A stretch of 64,000 nt of DNA from Candidatus Bathyarchaeota archaeon (GTDB lineage: Archaea > Thermoproteota > Bathyarchaeia > Bathyarchaeales > Bathycorpusculaceae), in contig CAVYXJ010000009.1 of NCBI GenBank assembly GCA_963772455.1, positions 64,001 to 128,000 of the forward strand, given 5' to 3'. Position numbers and translations under genes: made by a program. Positions within the stretch are counted from its first letter, which is position 1; each line of letters opens with the position of its first letter. Positions 10,273 through 20,546 of this stretch are shown one piece after another. The notes below the pieces were generated by a model. The model was not told the origin of the DNA. It did not search any database and saw nothing but the letters and a program-made list of their open reading frames with translations.

Positions 10273-10482
10273 AAGAAGGCCAAAGGTTTAAGCAAATCAT
10301 TCAAAAATCATTCATAACTTGTTAAAAAGGTATGAAATGCTTGAGAAATAACAATAATAAATTCTTAATGACAAGGATGGATTTCTTCTGAGAGCTCTAC
10401 TGAATGCTGGTTTAATTCCAACCCCTAATCGATATTAAAAAAACATAAATAATAATCAATAGAAAACAAACGTGGTTATGGA

Positions 10483-11973
10483 ATGACAACCAAGTCAATA
10501 ATCATAATTGGGGCAGGCCTTGCTGGTTTAGCTACTGGATGTTATGCACAAATGAATGGATTTACAACCAAAATCTTCGAAATGCAGGAAAAACCCGGTG
10601 GGGTCTGTGTATCTTGGAAACGCAAGGGATACATTTTTGATTACGCTGTGCACAATGTTTTCGGAATTACCCCAAACTCAGTAAACAACCATATGTGGCA
10701 AGAATTAGGAGCTCTACACGGTTTGAGCGCATATAGCTTCAAAGAGTTCACACAAGTTGAAGATGCCGGAAAAGTTCTAACAGTCTACACTAACCTTGAC
10801 AAACTTGAAGAGCACCTCAAAATCCTTTCACCCTCAGATGAGAAACAAATTAGCGAATTTATCAAAGCAGCCCGCAAATTCAGCGGCTACGACTTGTTCG
10901 CCGCTATGTCAGGCGGAGTGGGAACTAAACTTAAGATGTTACCATTAATGGGTAGTTTAATGAAGTACAGCAAAGTAACCTTAAAAGAATACGCAGACCA
11001 ATTCACTGACCCATTCCTGCAAAAAGCATTTGCAACTATCCAATATGACATCCCAGAAGTCCCAACAGTAATAGCTTTGATTTTCTTAGCAACATTAAAC
11101 AACGGTGACGGCGGCTGGCCTTTGGGAGGCTCCATGGCACTCTCAAACAACATCGAACAACGTTACCTCGAACTCGAAGGCAAATTGTTCTACCGATCAA
11201 AAATTAAAAAAATAATTGTTAAAGACAACATTGCCATTGGAGTGCAGCTTGAAGACGACTCAGAGCAATACGCTGACTTAGTGGTTTCGGCGGCGGACGG
11301 GTACTCCACAATCTTTGGCATGCTTGAAGGTAAATACACAAACCCAACTATCAATTCCTACTACAAGAATTACCCAAAGAAACAAGCTTTTGGTTTGGAG
11401 GTTTGGTTTGGCGTTGCCCAAGAATTCCCAGGTGAACCTCATGCTTTGGTGCTTTTTCTAGACAAGCCCATCTCTGTGGAAGATGTACAAAGAGATAGAT
11501 TGGATTTGGAAATCTTCAATTTTGATCCCTCATTGGCACCGAAAGGTAAAACAGTTATCAAAACAGTTTTTGATTCTAACTATGACTACTGGAAACAACT
11601 AGCCTTCAATATACAAAAATACCAAGCGGAAAAACAAAAAGTCGCCGATCTTATCGCTCAAACATTAGAAAAGCGGTTCCCTGGCTTTAAGAGCAAAATT
11701 GAAGCCACAGAAATAGTGACACCCATTACAACTGAGCACTGGACGGCTGCACATCGCGGTTACCAAGCATGGGGCGCCCCCAAAGAATACCAAAATGAGG
11801 TCACAAAAAACGGCGTAAGCAAATCGCTGCCGGGACTTAACAACTTTTTCATGGTAGGACAGTGGGCTATTGGAACCATTGGCTTAAACACCGTTTGCCT
11901 ATCGGGACGCCAACTAATCCGCGACCTCTGCAAACAAGAAGGCAAGAAATTCCAGACAACAACAAAACCCTAA
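10483..11973 (+). CDS. Phytoene desaturase-like NAD(P)/FAD-dependent oxidoreductase
   Basis: IIGAGLAG..E....PGG Rossmann motif, W.RKGY.FD, PLGG, TP.T and C-terminal GL.NFFMVGQW. Confidence 0.88.
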   Translation: MTTKSIIIIGAGLAGLATGCYAQMNGFTTKIFEMQEKPGGVCVSWKRKGYIFDYAVHNVFGITPNSVNNHMWQELGALHGLSAYSFKEFTQVEDAGKVLTVYTNLDKLEEHLKILSPSDEKQISEFIKAARKFSGYDLFAAMSGGVGTKLKMLPLMGSLMKYSKVTLKEYADQFTDPFLQKAFATIQYDIPEVPTVIALIFLATLNNGDGGWPLGGSMALSNNIEQRYLELEGKLFYRSKIKKIIVKDNIAIGVQLEDDSEQYADLVVSAADGYSTIFGMLEGKYTNPTINSYYKNYPKKQAFGLEVWFGVAQEFPGEPHALVLFLDKPISVEDVQRDRLDLEIFNFDPSLAPKGKTVIKTVFDSNYDYWKQLAFNIQKYQAEKQKVADLIAQTLEKRFPGFKSKIEATEIVTPITTEHWTAAHRGYQAWGAPKEYQNEVTKNGVSKSLPGLNNFFMVGQWAIGTIGLNTVCLSGRQLIRDLCKQEGKKFQTTTKP

Positions 11974-12324
11974 AAACAAAACAACAACCACAACACAAAC
12001 CTTTTCAAATATTTAAAAGCCTCAATCTGCATGCACCACACCTGATAAAAAAACCAGCCAAAACAGACTATCAGTATTTTCTGCAAAATCAACTGACTAT
12101 TCAACAATTATATAATGTGAAAAGTCCACAATCAACATTGAAAAAATTCTCCCACAACCACAAAAACAACTAAACAAAAACAAAGACTAGCAAATACAAA
12201 AAAACCATACAATTTCTTGCAAACAATACTCATTTTTTTCTATAAGACAACCTCTACTCCGAGTTACAGGAATCTTAAGTGTACAAAATTGAAAAACCAT
12301 AAAAGCAGAAGCCCCTGATTAACA

Positions 12325-12987
12325 ATGATCCATATGCGTTGCCAAATCCTAACAAAAGTAATATTCTCCTTAATTATTTTGGCTGTCTTTTGTTCTTCAG
12401 TTACAGCTGAATCTATTTCCACAGATAGAACAGTAATTGTTTCTGCTGTAATTGACGGAAGCTCATTTCAAATTGGCTCAAGCGAAACAATAAGACTTGC
12501 ATCAATCGACACTCCAAATTCAGGTCAACCAGGATATTCAGAATCAAAAAATTACTTAACCACTCTAATACAAAGCAAAACCGTTTACTTGGACACTGGC
12601 GTGGCAGCAACAACTGACCAACAGGGCAGATTACTGAGCGTTGTTTACTTTGACTACAATTCAACACACTATGAAAACGTCAACATGGCAATGATTCAAA
12701 ACGGCTACGCAACACCAAATAACCAAAATAACAATGGATTCGACATAGGAACCTGGACCTGGTTTGTCTTAAAACAAGCACCCACATCATCTCCAATCGA
12801 AACAGTTACTCCTCAACCCTCAGAAACGCCTACTCCTACACCCTTCAGCCAACCCAGCCCCTCCATTAACCCTACTATTCCAGAATTATCTACCAACACA
12901 ACCATTCTAATCATAGCATTGACAACGCTACTAGTGGCAACTCAGTTATACAAAAAAAGAAAAAATAAAGAAGTTCTCTTCTTCTAG
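12325..12987 (+). CDS. Secreted thermonuclease (SNase)-fold protein with Pro/Thr linker and IPE-type C-terminal sorting tail
   Basis: Signal peptide; VIDGSS, IRLASIDTP, DQQGRLL and NMAMIQNGYA motifs; IPEL followed by a TM helix and KKRKNK. Confidence 0.8.
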   Translation: MIHMRCQILTKVIFSLIILAVFCSSVTAESISTDRTVIVSAVIDGSSFQIGSSETIRLASIDTPNSGQPGYSESKNYLTTLIQSKTVYLDTGVAATTDQQGRLLSVVYFDYNSTHYENVNMAMIQNGYATPNNQNNNGFDIGTWTWFVLKQAPTSSPIETVTPQPSETPTPTPFSQPSPSINPTIPELSTNTTILIIALTTLLVATQLYKKRKNKEVLFF

Positions 12988-15900
12988 TTCGTTTTTCGCT
13001 TTTTCATTCGAACCACCATCTGTGATCCAATTGCTATTATGGTGCCAACGATTGCGATTATTATTATTGTCATGCTTGGCATTTCAGGGATTGGTGGAGG
13101 GGTAGTTCCGGATGGTGGTGTAGCGACTGGAGTTGCGGGTGTTGGTTTTGGTGTTTGCTGGTTTGTCGGTTGATTTGTTGGATTAGAGATCGGTTGAGGT
13201 GTTGTAGAGCTTTGGGTTGGTGGAGGAGATGGATTTGGATTTTGGGTAGGCGGAGGAGTTGGCTGACCTGGCGACTGCGATGGCGGGGGATTAGAGATTG
13301 GATCTGTTCCCTTGCTCACCATTACTGAAACTTCAGGGTCATTGTAAATTGAGTATCCATCCCATCTTGGGAAAGCTTGGGTTAGGAAGTACATTGAAGA
13401 TGATATGTCAAAGCCTGTTGAAGATTTACCCGCGTCTGATTGGTAGCTTGATTGGAAGTTCTGTATGGATGTTGTCTGGCTTGTTACATTAAATGTTCTT
13501 AACTCATCTGTTGCTGAAGTTGGTTTTCCCCAATCATAGATGCTACCCAACTGTATAGACGCAAATTTAATGTTGGATAGCTGTGAAGCTACATCGAATC
13601 TCGATGATGCCGTTACGCCGTTGTTGTTGACATTTGAACCTGATGCGTCCTTTACATTCCAACCCATTGAAGTTGAAGCTGTCACATAATAGTTTATGGC
13701 TAAGCTTCTGTTCGCAAGAACATCATTACCCATTAACGGAACCATTATGCCGCTGCTATTTTGCTCTCTGCCATCCACGACGTCAGCTGGAAGTTGCCAG
13801 TTGCCCACAGTCTGGTCAATTTTCATTGAGGCACTGTTGTATTCTCCTGCAGTTTGTGTACCTGCGAAGTGAACGTCAAATGCTAGTTGGTCTATGGATG
13901 CAATGGTGGGTTTGTTCATTAGGTTGGGGGCGTTGAAATCTGAACCGTATATTGGACGGTCCCACCAACCCCACATTGAACGTTGAGCATCATAGGGGAA
14001 CAATGTACCGTTAACGTCACTATAAGCTACGCCAAAGTCAATCTTTGCATTCAATGGAAGAACCATACTTCCTGAAGCAGCCATGTTTCCAAAGGCTTGA
14101 CCTGGAGTGACGAAAGTTACCGTTCCAACCGATTTAGGCATAAAGTAATGCGTCTGGCTTGTACCATTGAGCAAGTTGAGTCCTGCAAATTCATACTTTA
14201 AGTCAATGCCTCCATTACCCACTTTATCACCCGAGATTACGTTAACATTGTAGTTTTGGTCAGTTCCAAACCAAAGCCAATTCCACTCGTTAGTGTTGCT
14301 ACTTATCCAATCCCAATTGTTAGCTTTTGCTTGGTCTAAGACGTCAGCCCACGACTGATTACGCACCATGTATGCAATGTCCCAATATCCAGGGTTTGCC
14401 TTCTGGGTTTCACTGTTCACGATTACATTCTTTATCTGAGCCATCTCTTGCGTACTTACCCCTGTCATGTCAGATGCATGATACCATAGGTATTCTTCAC
14501 TCCACTGTGAAGTAAATCTGACTTGCAGTTGACCCATCCAGGCCTTCAGGTGAATTTCATCACCCACTTTTGCTGAGTTGGGATTCCAGACAGTATCTAC
14601 CTGCATGCGTTTTTCAGTTTGGACACGAGTGTCTGTGCCAGAATGCACTTTCCGAACATAGTATTGGTCACTGGTAGTAGCTGGATCTCCATCTATGTCA
14701 ATTGCGCCTGTTGTGTCAACGGTTTTGTAGGCTTTAATTCCCCACATTCCAAATTGAGGAGTCCCCACAATTAAGCTGTTAATTGCGCTTGAGGTTGACA
14801 CGCCAAGGTCTGTTAGTCTCCAGGTATAGATTGCTCCTTGGCTTTCGTGTGTTTGGTAGATATTCATAGTAGACCTTTGGATGGGCAATTCTTCATTGGC
14901 TATGGTGACTTGGTAGGATTGTTTCCAATTGTACTGGTCATCGATATCATAGGACTGCCCGTTTAAGTTAATGGTGTTTATTTGTCTGATAGTTAAGTTG
15001 CCATTCCAAGAGAACTCATTTTGGAGCAGAGCAATTGTGTAAGTTGAGCCTCCTAAGGTGACTTCCAAGGTGTTAGGATACCTGTACATTGCTTGTTGTG
15101 TAGACCATTCCCCATTCCAATTGTCCACAACGGGGCTTGGATCCAAGACGAAGTAGTCCACTCCATTGATAGCCACGCTGTATCTTGGGTAGTAGTTGCT
15201 ATATTGATTGGTGAAAACTTGTGATCTAATCATTGAGGGAACATTCCACCAATTATCCACAAGTTGCAAGTCTAAACGGCTCTGATTTACTGCGTTGACA
15301 AGATAGAAACCTGTAGAATCTTTGAGCATTGATGCGGTCGTGGTGTTCATCCGTAACCAAGTACTACTGTCGGTGGAAATTGTTGGTGCCTGATAAGTTG
15401 TTGCAGTGTACATGTGACGTTGATCGTTGGCTAAGGGATCTGCTATGTTGTAGATGATTCCGCCATCTGTTAAGTTAGAATAAGTTAACACATTAGAGAA
15501 CACATACTTTTGATTTCCAATTACAGTACTCCATTGGTTAGGTTGGTCAAATGAAACTACCCACTGAACGTCAAGGCGGGTACCATTAGTTAAGACCAAG
15601 TAGCTACTTGTTCCACCTCCACAGACATAAGCAGTTGTTACGTCAACCTTCTTTGTACCGTTAAGATAAATGGCATAGCCACCCTGAATTACTGCAACTG
15701 TCTGGTTTGCAGAAGCTTGGTTTCCATTTAATTGCCATTGTTTGCCCACATTCCACGGACCATCGATGCTGTTTATGTTTCCGTTCCAACCAAACTGGGT
15801 AAGACTGTAGATTCTGTCTCCCTCCAGAGTTATGAAATAGCTTACCATTTGGTTGCTATCCCAGGGAGCTTTTGTCTGAGGCATGTATGCTCCATCAAAA

Positions 15901-18900
15901 CTGTACGAGTTGACGTTTTGAACAAAGTTATAGCAGGTACCAGGTCCATAAGTGCTACCCATTACCTTAAAAGGTGTTCCAACTGGCACTTCTGTGCCAT
16001 CTCCAAAGTATACGCCAGTATGAGTAGATTCCTCTGACACAGCTGGAATTGTGATGTTGTAGAGAACTATCTTGTCAAAGATCGATTGAGGCTGCAATGT
16101 ATAAGGAACTAGTCTTGTATAGTTAGTACCTGTTATGGGAATATGGATTTCTTGCTCCCAACTAGCGGGAGTAGACCAATCAAAGTATATTCTGGTGTTG
16201 TCAAGCGTCTTGAAGTAATTACGAAAAACTGTTTGTCCAGAAGTATCTAAAGTACTGTCCATACTTGCGCACATATCGGTTGTATAGTAGGTTTCGCTGC
16301 CAACGTGCACTTTCCACACTATCAAGTTCATAGTTGAACTAATATCTAGTCGAGTCCCATTTGTCATCATCAAATAGAGAGTTGCATTTTCATAGTCGTA
16401 GCCATAACGGTTTGCTGTCCAAGATTTCTGGGTTGAGTCGTATCCTGTAGTTGTAACTATGCTCCCTGCAGCTGCAAGTTGACCAGATTGTTGAGAGTAG
16501 GTTCCATAGTTTAAAGTCCAGCCATTCTGCCTAACATTCCAGTTAGCTTGGCCATTAATGTTGGAGTAGAATGTGTTGTAATCAACTGTTGGGTACGTTA
16601 CAGTTTGCCGTGATCCATCAATGTCTATGTAGTATGACTGAGAGTTCGCATCGAAGTTTAACAGGTAATCAGATCCTGCAATCGATATGGACTTAAAGGT
16701 TAAGAGTTTTTGACCTTGAGATTCGATTCCTTGAAGGTCCCACCAAGAGGTCGCCATCGCCCCTGGATAAGGAAGCTCATATTTAGCTCCTCCAACCACA
16801 CCAAGATCTGAATAGAAGTAACTTTGTACGTAATTGTCGTTGTTTTGACCGTTAATGGGAATCAAAAGAGTTTGACCTTGATAAGTAGCCTGGTAATACT
16901 GGTTTGGCCAACCAATCAAACAAGTTACTCCATTGATTATTACAGTGCGTTGGTTATCAGGAACCGAATAATCTCTGATTGTAATTCTGGTTCCGTTTTT
17001 AGCGACAAGATAGTATCCAGAGCCGTCGGGCAAAGCCTGCCAGTAACCTGGATCCCTTAGAAGAACAACTGAATCACCAATTTTTACTCCTGATCCCGCC
17101 GATTGAACCAATAAAGTAGTGTCGCTTTCGGTGTAAACTTGGTTAGTTTTGTCCCAATGGTTTGTAGTGCTGTTAAACGCACTGTTTTCAAACGAACCGT
17201 TTATGTAAACTCTCGTCCCATTTAGCAACTCATAGTAGTATGGAACATAGCCTGGTTGTTGCACTGAATAATCTGGAACCGCATGGTTCATGAACGTATC
17301 TAACGTCGTTCCATTTGGCAACGTCACAGTCGAGCCATCTACAAGTATGTAGGCGTTTGCTGTGGATAATTGCAGGGAACGTATGATAGTTTGGTAAGCT
17401 TGGTCGATGTAAAGCTTTGTTCCGTTTTGTAGTTGATAATATTGGGTTTGTCTGCCTATGGATGGATCATAGGGTCCTGTTTGTAAGTATTGTGTCCAGT
17501 CTGTTTGTCTTGCTTGATCGTATTGAACCTGAGGCTTTATGAGCAAGTTGTTACCGGCTACCGTTACGTACGGCACCTGATTAACTTGGTATCTGTTCGC
17601 ATTGTATGTGGTGTAAAGAGGGTTAGAGGGAGGGCTTACAAGCCATGTTTGCCCAGATGTACCATTAACGTAATAGGTTGGCTGAGAGGTCCACTCTGTG
17701 ATTTGATGCAAACCCCAACCTTGACTTGGATCCTGTCCATAAGTCATGTTTTGGAAAATCATGCTATACCAATAGTTGCCCTGCGGGGCAGTAGCAGCAA
17801 AGGTTACCCCCAAATTCACTGTAACAACCCCATTTACCAACGAAACATTTGCAGAGTTTAGATCAGCATAACTTGAGCGTACTTGGAACGCAGGATCTGT
17901 ATCAGCAACGTAACATGTGGTTGTATCAATCCAGACGTTGGGTGAATTTGGATCTCTTGCATATTCTGTTTGGTTAAAACGACAGTATTCCCAGTGCCAA
18001 TCATTCAGGATAGTTTGGTTCCAAATTAAGTGAGGAGACTCTACCCAATCCCACATGCTTGTGACTGAATTGTACTCAGTATGCCAATCAGTAACGTTAA
18101 CGTATGCCCAGCCCAAATGAGACCCGTAGACATATCTGTTAACGTTTGTTCGATTATAGGAAGTGGATGTTAATTGACCAGTGGTTAAATCTTTGACGAG
18201 CCGAATTTCAACTTGTGAATTCGAACTCTGGTTTTCACTCCATGAACCAAAGTTTGATGAGAAAGAAACACCTACTGCATCTAAGCTTTGATAAATTTCG
18301 GAACTGCCATAGATTTTGCTTTGCACTATGAAAGGTTTATTTTGCCCTATCATAAACATGGATTGCGTTGTTACTGGACGGCCTTGAGCATCCAATATGG
18401 TTGAAACCGCTACTGGTCTATCGACGACTATTTGCATGTCACTTTGATCTGTGTTTTGCCAGTTAGCCCAAATTTGTCTATTTCCCGCAAAAACGTTCAA
18501 TTGAAGATTATACTGATCTTGGTTGTAATCGGTTGTATTCGAGAATAAACCAACAAACTCGACAACATAATTGTTGGGTCCAGTCTGATAGCTGCTACAA
18601 TCAGCTAATGATAGAGCAAAGAATTGACTTGCTGGATCAGAAGCATTGATAGGGTTTAGAACTGAATATTGAACTTGCTGCTGCGAAATAGTATCATATG
18701 CTGAATAACAATAACCTTGCTTTAAATCAAAACTTTGAGTTGTTTGATTGTATATCATCATCAATTGATCTTGAACCCAAATTTGTTGAGTGGTTAATTC
18801 ATCCCGATTGGTTACTGGGTTCCACATTTTGTTTTGGATAGTTATCTGATGATTATTATTAGGTGAACTAATCCATCTTTGCTCAAGATGGGGTCCCCAA

Positions 18901-19973
18901 ACTTGTTGATTACGAGTAACTTGGACAGTGCTATTCCAGTAATAAGTACCTAAGGAATCATTATACATCCATCCACCTTGCTCAGTTACAACTTTTTGGT
19001 ACCACCCTGTAACATTCACGTACTGTTGGATATTCCAAGGGATGTTGAGACCAATTGTTGCGTTTGAAAATTGGCTACTCGTCACGTTTAGCTGCATCTT
19101 GAACTTTGCACCCTTCGAAACCGAGAGCAACTGATTATTTTGCATATCTAATTTTTCAAAAGTCCAATAATCCTGCATTCCTCCAAAAATAAATCCGGCT
19201 TGGCCAACGGCAATCTGGCGATTGTTAGAGATACTTCCTTGTCCAGTCATTGAGTTTACGTCTATCCCGTTGTTAAACTGGTCTGTTATCTGCAGATTAA
19301 CCCAATAAGGTCCAATCGGTGCGGAACTGTTGAATGCACCAAAAAATTGAACTCTCCAGCCCAAATCAGTTTCAGTTATATTACTTATTTCAGGATTGAA
19401 ATTATAGAAACTATTTTGCGACTGGAATTGCGGCGGTCCTTGCATAGGAGTACCACTCTGGTTGTTAATGTTACTATTAATGTTCCAAACGTTTGTTTGA
19501 TTCCAATTTCCCTGCTGCATGCTATTAACATACATTAATTTACATTCAGCGTGACCCGTGATCGACCCATTATCTGAACGCAAATCAGTATTCCACCCTA
19601 ATCCTGCTTGCCCAAGGGTTGCATTGCCAACAAAAACGCTTTTTTGGATATCAATAATAACAGTGAAGGGCTGATTTAGAGGAATATAATTGTCGTTGGT
19701 GATCAGAGTGCCATTGGGGAGAATTATTGAGAAAGAGGGATAAGGACCAAACTGCCAACCCTGATTTGTCCAATCATAAGAGTTTTGGGTGGTTTGATCC
19801 TGGCTTTCCCAAGAAAGGTTATTGCCCTCTGGAATATCAGCGGCAATTGGTACTATGAGACCGCTCATCGAAAAAACTATTGCTAAAATAAGCATTGTTG
19901 CAAACAAACGTTTAGTATATAATTTTGAAATAGGACGAGCCAACATGTTAACGCCTTTGCTTAGGCATCTCAA
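12984..19973 (-). CDS. Giant (about 2300 aa) cell-surface glycoprotein with C-terminal IPE-type sorting tail
   Basis: Signal peptide; W/Y/N/T/Q-rich beta-type sequence; recurring YxxxxNGTR motifs; a DIDGD loop; P/T/Q linker; IPEM followed by a TM helix and RMKKRK. Confidence 0.9.
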   Translation of the reverse strand: MRCLSKGVNMLARPISKLYTKRLFATMLILAIVFSMSGLIVPIAADIPEGNNLSWESQDQTTQNSYDWTNQGWQFGPYPSFSIILPNGTLITNDNYIPLNQPFTVIIDIQKSVFVGNATLGQAGLGWNTDLRSDNGSITGHAECKLMYVNSMQQGNWNQTNVWNINSNINNQSGTPMQGPPQFQSQNSFYNFNPEISNITETDLGWRVQFFGAFNSSAPIGPYWVNLQITDQFNNGIDVNSMTGQGSISNNRQIAVGQAGFIFGGMQDYWTFEKLDMQNNQLLSVSKGAKFKMQLNVTSSQFSNATIGLNIPWNIQQYVNVTGWYQKVVTEQGGWMYNDSLGTYYWNSTVQVTRNQQVWGPHLEQRWISSPNNNHQITIQNKMWNPVTNRDELTTQQIWVQDQLMMIYNQTTQSFDLKQGYCYSAYDTISQQQVQYSVLNPINASDPASQFFALSLADCSSYQTGPNNYVVEFVGLFSNTTDYNQDQYNLQLNVFAGNRQIWANWQNTDQSDMQIVVDRPVAVSTILDAQGRPVTTQSMFMIGQNKPFIVQSKIYGSSEIYQSLDAVGVSFSSNFGSWSENQSSNSQVEIRLVKDLTTGQLTSTSYNRTNVNRYVYGSHLGWAYVNVTDWHTEYNSVTSMWDWVESPHLIWNQTILNDWHWEYCRFNQTEYARDPNSPNVWIDTTTCYVADTDPAFQVRSSYADLNSANVSLVNGVVTVNLGVTFAATAPQGNYWYSMIFQNMTYGQDPSQGWGLHQITEWTSQPTYYVNGTSGQTWLVSPPSNPLYTTYNANRYQVNQVPYVTVAGNNLLIKPQVQYDQARQTDWTQYLQTGPYDPSIGRQTQYYQLQNGTKLYIDQAYQTIIRSLQLSTANAYILVDGSTVTLPNGTTLDTFMNHAVPDYSVQQPGYVPYYYELLNGTRVYINGSFENSAFNSTTNHWDKTNQVYTESDTTLLVQSAGSGVKIGDSVVLLRDPGYWQALPDGSGYYLVAKNGTRITIRDYSVPDNQRTVIINGVTCLIGWPNQYYQATYQGQTLLIPINGQNNDNYVQSYFYSDLGVVGGAKYELPYPGAMATSWWDLQGIESQGQKLLTFKSISIAGSDYLLNFDANSQSYYIDIDGSRQTVTYPTVDYNTFYSNINGQANWNVRQNGWTLNYGTYSQQSGQLAAAGSIVTTTGYDSTQKSWTANRYGYDYENATLYLMMTNGTRLDISSTMNLIVWKVHVGSETYYTTDMCASMDSTLDTSGQTVFRNYFKTLDNTRIYFDWSTPASWEQEIHIPITGTNYTRLVPYTLQPQSIFDKIVLYNITIPAVSEESTHTGVYFGDGTEVPVGTPFKVMGSTYGPGTCYNFVQNVNSYSFDGAYMPQTKAPWDSNQMVSYFITLEGDRIYSLTQFGWNGNINSIDGPWNVGKQWQLNGNQASANQTVAVIQGGYAIYLNGTKKVDVTTAYVCGGGTSSYLVLTNGTRLDVQWVVSFDQPNQWSTVIGNQKYVFSNVLTYSNLTDGGIIYNIADPLANDQRHMYTATTYQAPTISTDSSTWLRMNTTTASMLKDSTGFYLVNAVNQSRLDLQLVDNWWNVPSMIRSQVFTNQYSNYYPRYSVAINGVDYFVLDPSPVVDNWNGEWSTQQAMYRYPNTLEVTLGGSTYTIALLQNEFSWNGNLTIRQINTINLNGQSYDIDDQYNWKQSYQVTIANEELPIQRSTMNIYQTHESQGAIYTWRLTDLGVSTSSAINSLIVGTPQFGMWGIKAYKTVDTTGAIDIDGDPATTSDQYYVRKVHSGTDTRVQTEKRMQVDTVWNPNSAKVGDEIHLKAWMGQLQVRFTSQWSEEYLWYHASDMTGVSTQEMAQIKNVIVNSETQKANPGYWDIAYMVRNQSWADVLDQAKANNWDWISSNTNEWNWLWFGTDQNYNVNVISGDKVGNGGIDLKYEFAGLNLLNGTSQTHYFMPKSVGTVTFVTPGQAFGNMAASGSMVLPLNAKIDFGVAYSDVNGTLFPYDAQRSMWGWWDRPIYGSDFNAPNLMNKPTIASIDQLAFDVHFAGTQTAGEYNSASMKIDQTVGNWQLPADVVDGREQNSSGIMVPLMGNDVLANRSLAINYYVTASTSMGWNVKDASGSNVNNNGVTASSRFDVASQLSNIKFASIQLGSIYDWGKPTSATDELRTFNVTSQTTSIQNFQSSYQSDAGKSSTGFDISSSMYFLTQAFPRWDGYSIYNDPEVSVMVSKGTDPISNPPPSQSPGQPTPPPTQNPNPSPPPTQSSTTPQPISNPTNQPTNQQTPKPTPATPVATPPSGTTPPPIPEMPSMTIIIIAIVGTIIAIGSQMVVRMKKRKTN
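13085..13300 (-). repeat. Low-complexity Pro/Thr/Gln/Asn linker (PTNQPTNQ, PPPT repeats) in the giant protein
   Basis: Translation reads PPPSQSPGQPTPPPTQNPNPSPPPTQ...PTNQPTNQQTPKPTP. Confidence 0.7.
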
Positions 19974-20233
19974 CCGATTTCAATTATATCACTTATGAAG
20001 CAGGAATCAATACGTCAAATTTACCACGAACAAAACTACTCTTCTTAGACAAATCTAGATTATTCTTAAACAATATTAGCTTTCTTTCAATGGAAACTGA
20101 CCGAACGAGATTTCTCATAAATTTAACCCTCGCCGCTTTTAAAAATTGTTTTAAAGTGTAGCAATGTTCAACAATCCCACACATTGCACAGAAATTCAGA
20201 ACACTTATATTCAAAAAAACTTAACCAGAGTTT

Positions 20234-20368
20234 ATGATTCCAAAAAGTGGCGACAAATCAGAGCAAGTATTCAGCAAACTGACAACCCATGGGTATTCTG
20301 AAAGGGTTGCCGAAATAATCTGGCAATGGTATCATCCTTACTATAAAGTAGCTGCTGTCCAACTATGA
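20234..20368 (+). CDS. Small protein (44 aa), not in the ORF track
   Basis: MIPKSGDKSEQVFSKLTTHGYSERVAEIIWQWYHPYYKVAAVQL*; TTATAT box about 25 nt upstream of the ATG. Confidence 0.55.
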   Translation: MIPKSGDKSEQVFSKLTTHGYSERVAEIIWQWYHPYYKVAAVQL

Positions 20369-20546
20369 TCAATGAGGAGTCACTTCCACAAGTTTAATCA
20401 GTTTGGTTCACATACCAAAAAACGGCACTTCTAATTTCAGGCAGAAAAAAAACATTTGCCGAACATTTACAAATCCTACTCAACGTCTTTCTATTAGTTT
20501 GGTATCATTCAGAAATAAGAAGTGTAGATACAAAAAATATTCCGAA

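Noticed and set aside
11974-12320. A/C-rich low-complexity stretch (ORF 11862..12173) as a repeat array or gene
   Set aside because: No fixed repeat unit or spacer periodicity; the translation is compositionally biased and overlaps the upstream gene.
13298-19538. Many plus-strand ORFs inside the giant gene, and similar antisense ORFs elsewhere such as 58846..59481
   Set aside because: Shadow ORFs antisense to well-supported genes, with non-protein-like composition.
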